32,000 nucleotides of DNA from Nanopusillaceae archaeon (GTDB lineage: Archaea > Nanobdellota > Nanobdellia > Nanobdellales > Nanobdellaceae), in contig JAWBIX010000001.1 of NCBI GenBank assembly GCA_038833255.1, positions 16,681-48,680 of the forward strand. The letters run 5' to 3'. A program made the position numbers and the translations under genes. The notes below the pieces were generated by a model, which worked only from the letters and a program-made list of their open reading frames with translations, was not told where the DNA came from and searched no databases. This document shows positions 1-5,688 of this stretch, in pieces. Each line of letters begins with the position of its first letter. Positions within the stretch are counted from its first letter, which is position 1.

Positions 1-327
1 TACTATATCGGCTCCTTCTAAAGCTTTCTTTATTTCTTGTTCAGATTCTTTAGCTGCTTCCTCACCCAATTTTGGATCTTTTCCAGCACCTAATCCCTTT
101 GTCAATTGCTTTCCAATTAGAATTTTTTTATTTGCTTTAACATTTAGTAAATGCTTTACATCAGTATTCAACGCAATTAACTCTACATTTTCTACCCCTA
201 ATTCATATAATCTAGATATTGTATTACTTCCAGCCCCACCACAACCAACAACTTTTACTTTTTTAAAAGTTTGTAACGCCAACTCCTCTAACTCTTTATC
301 AAAAATAACATTTTCCTCATTAACCAT
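1..327 (-). CDS. ftsZ: Cell division GTPase FtsZ, N-terminal 109 codons (gene runs off the window start)
   Basis: Own reverse translation from ATG at 327-325: MVNEENVIFDKELEELALQTFKKVKVVGCGGAGSNTISRLYELGVENVELIALNTDVKHLLNVKANKKILIGKQLTKGLGAGKDPKLGEEAAKESEQEIKKALEGADIV. It shows the FtsZ N-terminal GxGGxGxN nucleotide-binding motif, NTD, and GLGAGxxPxxGxxAA. It is absent from the ORF track because no stop lies in the window. Confidence 0.85.
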   Translation of the reverse strand, partial: MVNEENVIFDKELEELALQTFKKVKVVGCGGAGSNTISRLYELGVENVELIALNTDVKHLLNVKANKKILIGKQLTKGLGAGKDPKLGEEAAKESEQEIKKALEGADIV

Positions 328-424
328 TTAATTTTAATGTAAAAAATCTTTTTAATTTTATCTTTTTAGATAAACATCTTAGTTTATCACAAATCTTAAA
401 AATACTTTATTATGATATTTTTCA

Positions 425-1003
425 ATGAAATGGTTAAAAATTAGATATTTTGCTTATACTTTGCCAGATAACCGAATAATTGATTTTTCAAAAAATTATG
501 TAATAATTCCTATAGGAAAAAATTTGCTTCCAAAGGAAATAGAAGATACTCTAAAAGATGCTGAAGTAGGAAAAAATTATAGTATTTTATTAAAAAGACC
601 TTATGGAGAAAGAAGTGAAAGTAACATAAAAATATTGCCAAAAACAGAATTTTTAAAAAGAAATATAAATCCTGTACCAGGATTAGTTATTTTAGTTGAT
701 GGCGTTAGAGGAATAGTAAGAAGTGTAAATGGTGGGAGAATCATTGTAGATTTTAATCATCCTTTTGCTGGAAAAGATATACTTTATAGTATAGATGTCT
801 TAGGAGAAGTAAAAGATCTTCCAGATAAAATAAAAGGAATAATTAATTTTATTTTTAGGATAGATTTTGAGAAAATTGATATTACTATCTCAAATAATAA
901 TATTGAAATAAAATTAAAAGATGAAAAATTACCTAAAAATTTAACAGAAATACTAAAGAATTATATAGAAGATCTAAAGGATTATAATATAATTTTATCT
1001 TAA
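425..1003 (+). CDS. FKBP-type peptidyl-prolyl cis-trans isomerase (SlyD-like / long archaeal FKBP with insert-in-flap and C-terminal domain)
   Basis: The segment PYGERSE...VPGLVILVDGVRGIVRSVNGGRIIVDFNHPFAGKDILYSIDVLGEV matches the archaeal/SlyD FKBP signature (DFNHPLAGK). Confidence 0.75.
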   Translation: MKWLKIRYFAYTLPDNRIIDFSKNYVIIPIGKNLLPKEIEDTLKDAEVGKNYSILLKRPYGERSESNIKILPKTEFLKRNINPVPGLVILVDGVRGIVRSVNGGRIIVDFNHPFAGKDILYSIDVLGEVKDLPDKIKGIINFIFRIDFEKIDITISNNNIEIKLKDEKLPKNLTEILKNYIEDLKDYNIILS

Positions 1004-1004
1004 T

Positions 1005-1078
1005 GGGCCCGTAGCTCAGCCTGGTAGAGCGGCGGGCTCTTAACCCGTAGGTCGGGGGTTCAAATCCCCCCGGGCCCG
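1005..1078 (+). tRNA. tRNA-Lys (anticodon CUU), no intron, CCA not encoded
   Basis: Hand-folded cloverleaf: acceptor GGGCCCG/CGGGCCC, D arm GCTC..GAGC, anticodon stem GCGGG/CCCGT with loop CT-CTT-AA, T arm GGGGG-TTCAAAT-CCCCC, discriminator G. Starts 1 nt after the FKBP stop codon. Confidence 0.9.
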
Positions 1079-1111
1079 CTATTTACTAAAGTTTCCTTTA
1101 ATAGTTATATT

Positions 1112-1837
1112 ATGATAAAAGTTGGTACATGTGGTTTTCCTATATCTAGAAAAAAATATTTTATTGAATTTCCAGTTGTAGAGTTAAATAACACTTTTTA
1201 TAACATACCAGATTCTGAATGGCTTAAAAAAATAAGAAAAGAGGCACCAGAAAATTTTGAATTTACATTTAAAGCTTTTCAAGGTATTACTCATGATACA
1301 AAATCTCAAACATGGAAAAAAGCAAATATAGATTATAAAAAACTAGAAGGAAAAGTAGGATTTTTAAGACCAACCAAAGAAGTATTTGAATTTTGGGAAA
1401 AAATGATGGAAATAAAGGAGATATTAAATTCTAAAATAATTGTAATTCAACTTCCAAAGAGCTTTATTGATAATGAAGAAAATATCAAAAATGCTTTTGA
1501 ATTCTTTAGCTCAATAAAAAAAGAAATAAAAATAGCAATAGAATTAAGAGGGTGGAAAAAGGAAAATATAAAAAAAGTTTGTGAAGAATTTAATTTAATA
1601 CAAATAACAGATATAAATTTTGAATATCCGGCTCTTATTAAAGAAACAGGATATTATAGATTGCATGGAAAATATAATGAAAAAAGAATAATTTATAATT
1701 ATAAATATTCTGAAGAGGAATTAAAAAAAATTTATGAAAAAATACGAGAACTTTCTCATAAAGAATGTTATGTTATGTTTAATAATAGTTATATGTATAA
1801 TGATGCAAAAAAATTTTTAGAAATAATTAATCAATGA
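1112..1837 (+). CDS. DUF72 (UPF0759) family protein
   Basis: The N-terminal IKVGTCGF motif, the length (241 aa) and the TIM-barrel-like alternating pattern are typical of DUF72. Recognised by eye only. Confidence 0.55.
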   Translation: MIKVGTCGFPISRKKYFIEFPVVELNNTFYNIPDSEWLKKIRKEAPENFEFTFKAFQGITHDTKSQTWKKANIDYKKLEGKVGFLRPTKEVFEFWEKMMEIKEILNSKIIVIQLPKSFIDNEENIKNAFEFFSSIKKEIKIAIELRGWKKENIKKVCEEFNLIQITDINFEYPALIKETGYYRLHGKYNEKRIIYNYKYSEEELKKIYEKIRELSHKECYVMFNNSYMYNDAKKFLEIINQ

Positions 1838-2598
1838 ATAATTATTTATTAAGAATATCTTATAATGGAGAAAAGTTTCATGGCGTAGTTCCTCAAAAAA
1901 ATGTAAAAACTGTTTTAAATGAGATTATTAATTTTTATAAAATAGATAAATATAGATATTCGATTGTTTCAAGAACAGATAAAGGAGTTAGTGCAAAAGA
2001 AAACTATTTAGTTTTGCAAACAGAAAAGGAGATAGATTTTACAACATTTTTTCATAATGATATAAAAATTTTAAATGCATTTAAGTTAAAGGAATATATA
2101 AATATTAGAAAATTTTCTACTGGAAAGAGATATATATATAGATTGCCAAAATCTCTGTTTGAGAAATTTTATAGACCAAAATGGATAATTTTTGAAAATA
2201 AAAAAATTGAAATATCTTCTATTGAAGACAAATTTGATATAAAAAAATATATTGAAGCTTCAAAGTATTTTATAGGAGAAAAAAGCTTTCATAATTTTGC
2301 AAAAGGAAAAGTAAAAAATCCCATATGTAAAATAATTAAATTTGAAATATATGAAGAAGAAGATTTTTATATTAATATTATAGAAGGAAATAGATTTCTT
2401 TATGAAATGATAAGAAGAATTATTACTTTTTTAATCTCTGTTGGAAAAAATTTATATCCATTAGATAAAATTAATTTAGTATTTTTAGGAAATTTAGAAC
2501 CAAAACCTTTTCCCGCAGATTCAAAATATTTGCTATTAGAAAAAGTTTATCTTGATTGGAAAAAGCTATATAGATATATTGAAAAAATAATTATATGA
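1834..2598 (+). CDS. truA: tRNA pseudouridine synthase A (positions 38-40)
   Basis: ISYNGEKFHGVV near the N-terminus and SRTDKGVSA (catalytic Asp motif, cf. GRTDAGVHA). ATGA start/stop overlap with the upstream gene. Confidence 0.75.
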   Translation: MNNYLLRISYNGEKFHGVVPQKNVKTVLNEIINFYKIDKYRYSIVSRTDKGVSAKENYLVLQTEKEIDFTTFFHNDIKILNAFKLKEYINIRKFSTGKRYIYRLPKSLFEKFYRPKWIIFENKKIEISSIEDKFDIKKYIEASKYFIGEKSFHNFAKGKVKNPICKIIKFEIYEEEDFYINIIEGNRFLYEMIRRIITFLISVGKNLYPLDKINLVFLGNLEPKPFPADSKYLLLEKVYLDWKKLYRYIEKIII

Positions 2599-3482
2599 TG
2601 GAATATTTAAAAAAAGCTGGAAAAATAGCTAAAGATGTTTATGAATATTCGAAGAATTTTTTAAAACCAGAGGTTAGTTTATTAGAAATAGCAGAAGCTT
2701 TAGAAAACAAAATAAAGGACTTAGGTGGAGAACCCGCCTTTCCAGTTAATATATCAATAAATGAAATTGCAGCACATTATACTCCAATAGAAAATGATAA
2801 TAAAGTTTTAAAAGATGGAGATGTAGTTAAAATAGACTTTGGTGTTCATGTAGAAGGTTACATTGTCGATATTGCCTATACTGTTGAGATAAATGATAAT
2901 AAATTCAAATATTTGATTTTAGCCGCAAAAGAAGCACTTAAACGCGTTAAAAGCATTTTAAAAAAGGATATTGAGCTAGGAATTATTGGAAAATGTATTG
3001 AAGATGAGATAAAAAAATACCAATACAAACCAATATATAATTTGAGTGGTCATAAGATTGAAAGATTTTTATTACATGCTGGGATAAATATTCCAAACTA
3101 TAATAACAATTCTAAAATCAAATTAAGTGAAGGAATTTATGCAATAGAGCCTTTCGCAACCAATGGTATAGGATATGTAGAAGATTTTAAAAGTTCCGAA
3201 ATTTATTCAATAGTAGAATACAAACCGGTTAGAGAACCTTCAATAAGAAAATTTTTAGATATAATATATGAAAAATATAAAAATTTACCATTTGCTTATA
3301 GATGGTTAAAAAATGATTTTAAAAATTTTACAAACATAAAATATGCTTTAAATTATTTAATATCAAACGGAATAGTAAAAAATTACCCAATCTTAAGAGA
3401 AAGATCTGGAGGAATCGTATCTCAATTTGAAACAACTTTTTTAGTTAATAATGGAGTTCACGACCTAATAGATTTTATTTAA
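2595..3482 (+). CDS. map: Methionine aminopeptidase, type 2 (archaeal)
   Basis: AFPVNISINEIAAHYTP, DVVKIDFGVHVEGYIVDIA, LSGHKIERFLLHAG and AIEPFAT are the type-2 MetAP metal-ligand blocks. ATGATG junction with truA. Confidence 0.85.
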   Translation: MMEYLKKAGKIAKDVYEYSKNFLKPEVSLLEIAEALENKIKDLGGEPAFPVNISINEIAAHYTPIENDNKVLKDGDVVKIDFGVHVEGYIVDIAYTVEINDNKFKYLILAAKEALKRVKSILKKDIELGIIGKCIEDEIKKYQYKPIYNLSGHKIERFLLHAGINIPNYNNNSKIKLSEGIYAIEPFATNGIGYVEDFKSSEIYSIVEYKPVREPSIRKFLDIIYEKYKNLPFAYRWLKNDFKNFTNIKYALNYLISNGIVKNYPILRERSGGIVSQFETTFLVNNGVHDLIDFI

Positions 3483-3535
3483 CGTTATTGAAATGTTAAA
3501 AGTAAAATATGTTGGAAACTCCATTAAAACAAAAA

Positions 3536-3549
3536 GATTTTTATATTCA
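3536..3549 (+). promoter_or_regulatory. Candidate BRE/TATA box for the histone gene
   Basis: AACAAAAAGA-TTTTTATATT. The TTTATATT begins 27 nt upstream of the ATG at 3567, a spacing shared with other candidate promoters in this window. It implies a leaderless or near-leaderless mRNA. Confidence 0.45.
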
Positions 3550-3566
3550 AAATAGAATTATTAATT

Positions 3567-3791
3567 ATGGCGAAGAGAGTAACACCCATACCAATTGCGC
3601 CTTTGTATAGAATCTTAAGAAGGGCAGGAGCTAGCAGAGTATCTGAAGATGCAAAGAGAACTTTTGTGGACTCCATTGTTGAAATTGCAGATAAAATAGC
3701 AGCAAGAGCTGTAGAGTTTGCAAAGCATGCAGGAAGAAAAACAATACAAGAAGAGGACGTAAAAATGGCTTACAAAGAATTGAAGGGATAA
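3567..3791 (+). CDS. Archaeal histone (HMf/HMt family histone fold)
   Basis: 74 aa; IAPLYRILRRAGASRVSEDAKRTFVDSIVEIADKIAARAVEFAKHAGRKTIQEEDVKMAYKEL is a canonical archaeal histone-fold sequence. Confidence 0.9.
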   Translation: MAKRVTPIPIAPLYRILRRAGASRVSEDAKRTFVDSIVEIADKIAARAVEFAKHAGRKTIQEEDVKMAYKELKG

Positions 3792-3797
3792 ACTTTA

Positions 3798-3803
3798 TTT
3801 TTT
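3798..3803 (+). terminator. Oligo-T tract downstream of the histone gene (candidate archaeal terminator)
   Basis: T6 run 7 nt after the stop codon. Archaeal RNAP terminates at oligo-T. T runs are common in this AT-rich DNA, so specificity is low. Confidence 0.35.
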
Positions 3804-3833
3804 AATATATTTTATTTTGTTTTTTTATATTTA

Positions 3834-4295
3834 ATGAAAAATAAAGAAACTTTAGAAATTTATTTAAAAAATAAAGGGATATCTCATGAATTTTTAAAAT
3901 TTCAAGATGTATCTAAATCTAAAAATATAGATAATATGATAGATATTAATAAAGTTGTTAAAACTATTGTATTTGTTAATGATAAAAATGAACCAGTAAT
4001 TGTAGTTCTAAGATCAATTTATAGAGTTAATCAGAAAAAGTTAGCTAAAATTTTAAATGTTAAAGATATTAGATTGGCAACACCAGAAGAGGTTATTAAA
4101 TATACTGGATATAAAGTTGGAGGGGTAGCACCATTTGACATAAATTTCAAAATATATATAGATAAAGAATTGTTAAATGAAGATATAGTTTACACTGGTG
4201 GAGGTGATGAGAGACATTTATTGAAAATAAGAGTTGAAGATATAATAAAAAATAATAATTGTGAAATAATTGATATTCCAAAAAAGTCGGCGTAG
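3834..4295 (+). CDS. YbaK/ProX-type aminoacyl-tRNA trans-editing (deacylase) domain protein
   Basis: 153 aa. KTIVFVND...PVIVVLRS...VNQKKLAKIL and GYKVGGVAPF resemble the YbaK/EbsC family core (GGVSP-type loop). Confidence 0.6.
   Translation: MKNKETLEIYLKNKGISHEFLKFQDVSKSKNIDNMIDINKVVKTIVFVNDKNEPVIVVLRSIYRVNQKKLAKILNVKDIRLATPEEVIKYTGYKVGGVAPFDINFKIYIDKELLNEDIVYTGGGDERHLLKIRVEDIIKNNNCEIIDIPKKSA
4280..4285 (-). terminator. Oligo-T tract immediately 3' of the candidate sRNA (minus strand)
   Basis: A6 on the plus strand is T6 on the minus strand, directly abutting the GC-rich island end (GCCGAC-TTTTTT). It lies inside the last codons of the ybaK-like gene. Confidence 0.35.
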
Positions 4296-4394
4296 CCGTA
4301 TTCATCATCCTTCAGGGTCAAGCCAACTTCCCCATTATTGTACCCTGCCCGGAGGAACTGGTTCATCAATCCCCAGTGCATGGCAGGCAGGGTA
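4286..4394 (-). ncRNA. Candidate structured small RNA: H/ACA-like hairpin with K-loop plus a second K-turn-motif module
   Basis: A 109-nt island of about 55% G+C (hand count) in very AT-rich flanks. On the minus strand, a 9-bp stem UACCCUGCC/GGCAGGGUA encloses an internal loop (UGCCAUGC / UCCUCCG). Above it is a 5-bp upper stem ACUGG/CCAGU capped by GGAUUGAUGAA (tandem G.A potential), and ACA follows the lower stem directly. Next come CUGA-AGG-AUGAUGA closed by GUUGGC/GCCGAC, then a T6 tract (4285-4280). Confidence 0.4.
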
Positions 4395-4458
4395 TAATAA
4401 TAAAAATAATCTTAATTTTTAATATTTTTAATTTTAGAAATTCCAAATATAAATCTAT

Positions 4459-5301
4459 ATGAATAATATTTTAGAGGAATATAAAATATGGTTAGAGTTG
4501 CAAGGAAAATCTAAAAATACCATAAAAACTTATTCCATTCCTATAAGAAAATTTTTAGAATATCTTTCAAATATTTTTTCAAAGAATGATATAAATGTTG
4601 ACTTTCTTAAAGAAAATTTAAATAAAAATTTAATAATAAGATTTCTTGCAGAAATTAAAACAAAGAAAAATTTGGATCCAAATTCTATAAGACTTTATAT
4701 AAGATCTCTTTCTTCCTTTCTAAAGTTTTTAGATAGACCAGATATTATAAAAGATTTAAAAGTTCCAAGAGTTGATAAAAAATTACCAAAATATATTACT
4801 TTCGATGAATTTAACCATTTATTAAGTTTTGTTAAAAAGAAAAGAGATAAATTAATTTTATTGTTATTATTTTATACTGGAGTTAGAGTGTCTGAATTGG
4901 TAAATTTAAAAAAAGAAGATGTCTTAATAAAGGAGGGATTTATAAGAGTTTATGGAAAAGGTGGTAAAGAAAGAATGATCCCGATTCCTAAATTTTTAAT
5001 AGAAGAATTGAATAGTTATATTCAAAATCTAAAAGATGAAAAACTATTTAATATTTCCACAAGACAAGTTGAAAGAATAGTTAAAAAATATGCTAAATTA
5101 GCAAATATAAATAAAAAAGTAACCCCCCATGTACTTAGACATTCATTAGCTACAATGCTTCTATCTAATGGAGTTGATATAAGATATATTCAAGAAATTT
5201 TAGGACATTCTTCACTTTCAATAACTCAAATATATACACATGTTATCCCATCTAAATTAAAAGAAATTTATGAAAAGGTTTTTGAAAATATAAAAGTTTA
5301 A
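4459..5301 (+). CDS. xerA: Tyrosine recombinase XerA (archaeal XerC/XerD-type)
   Basis: 280 aa. Has an N-terminal SAM-like core-binding domain, then TGVRVSEL and HVLRHSLATMLLSNGVDIRYIQEILGHSSLSITQIYTHV (R...HxxR...H...Y catalytic signature). Confidence 0.85.
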   Translation: MNNILEEYKIWLELQGKSKNTIKTYSIPIRKFLEYLSNIFSKNDINVDFLKENLNKNLIIRFLAEIKTKKNLDPNSIRLYIRSLSSFLKFLDRPDIIKDLKVPRVDKKLPKYITFDEFNHLLSFVKKKRDKLILLLLFYTGVRVSELVNLKKEDVLIKEGFIRVYGKGGKERMIPIPKFLIEELNSYIQNLKDEKLFNISTRQVERIVKKYAKLANINKKVTPHVLRHSLATMLLSNGVDIRYIQEILGHSSLSITQIYTHVIPSKLKEIYEKVFENIKV

Positions 5302-5316
5302 TGCTAAATATTTTTA

Positions 5317-5574
5317 ATGGTGAAAAAAGAAAAAAATGAAGTTTCTGAAATAGAAACTATAGAATTAAACATAGCTAGAGAAGCCTTAATTGAAGAAATT
5401 GAAGCTATAATATCCTATGACGAAAAGCTTCTATATGTAGAAGACGAGGAATTAAGAAATATATTAATTCATAATAGAGACGACGAAAAGGAACATATAG
5501 CAATGTTATTAAATTGGTTATCTAAAAAGGATCCGGCTTTAGAAAAAGAATTAAAAGAAAGACTTTTTAAATAA
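5317..5574 (+). CDS. Small ferritin-like protein, EncFtn/Flp-like (encapsulated-ferritin family fold)
   Basis: 85 aa. EEIEAIISY...EDEELRNILIHNRDDEKEHIAMLLNWLSKKDP resembles the EncFtn pattern (E..EAI..Y .... ADEEKEH.....L.......DP), including the Glu/His iron ligands. Assignment is from memory of the family. Confidence 0.5.
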   Translation: MVKKEKNEVSEIETIELNIAREALIEEIEAIISYDEKLLYVEDEELRNILIHNRDDEKEHIAMLLNWLSKKDPALEKELKERLFK

Positions 5575-5580
5575 AAAAAA
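5573..5580 (-). terminator. Oligo-T (T8) tract 2 nt downstream of tRNA-Ala
   Basis: The minus strand reads ...CGGGTCCA-GA-TTTTTTTT. Oligo-T is the established archaeal termination signal. Confidence 0.5.
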
Positions 5581-5582
5581 TC

Positions 5583-5654
5583 TGGACCCGCCGGGATTTG
5601 AACCCGGGATCTCCGGCTTGCAAGGCCGGCATCCTACCGCTAGACTACGGGCCC
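5583..5654 (-). tRNA. tRNA-Ala (anticodon UGC), no intron, CCA not encoded
   Basis: The reverse complement folds as GGGCCCG-TA-GTCT-AGCGGTA-GGAT-G-CCGGC-CT-TGC-AA-GCCGG-AGATC-CCGGG-TTCAAAT-CCCGG-CGGGTCC-A. It contains the G3:U70 alanine identity pair. Confidence 0.9.
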
Positions 5655-5688
5655 ATTATAATTTTTAATGAAAAAAATAATTAAAAAA

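Noticed and set aside
4204-4210. Perfect C-box-like GUGAUGA inside the ybaK-like gene
   Set aside because: No CUGA at 10-13 nt downstream and no C'/D' pair. It encodes the conserved GGGDER region, so it is a coincidental hexamer.
4190-4381. 63-aa minus-strand ORF (MHWGLMNQFLRAGYNNGEVGLTLKDDEYGYAD...) covering the GC-rich island and the end of the ybaK-like gene
   Set aside because: Half of it is antisense to a well-supported CDS. The other half is simply the open frame of a short GC-rich segment, where stops are rare. No recognisable motif or plausible promoter spacing was seen. The RNA-structure explanation fits better, but a fragment of a foreign GC-rich gene cannot be excluded without BLASTX.
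4459-5301. Tyrosine recombinase as evidence of an integrated mobile element or provirus
   Set aside because: Size and motifs match chromosomal XerA. The flanking genes are housekeeping, and I saw no direct repeats, att-like tRNA fragments or phage/plasmid genes. The adjacent GC island is kept as a separate open question.
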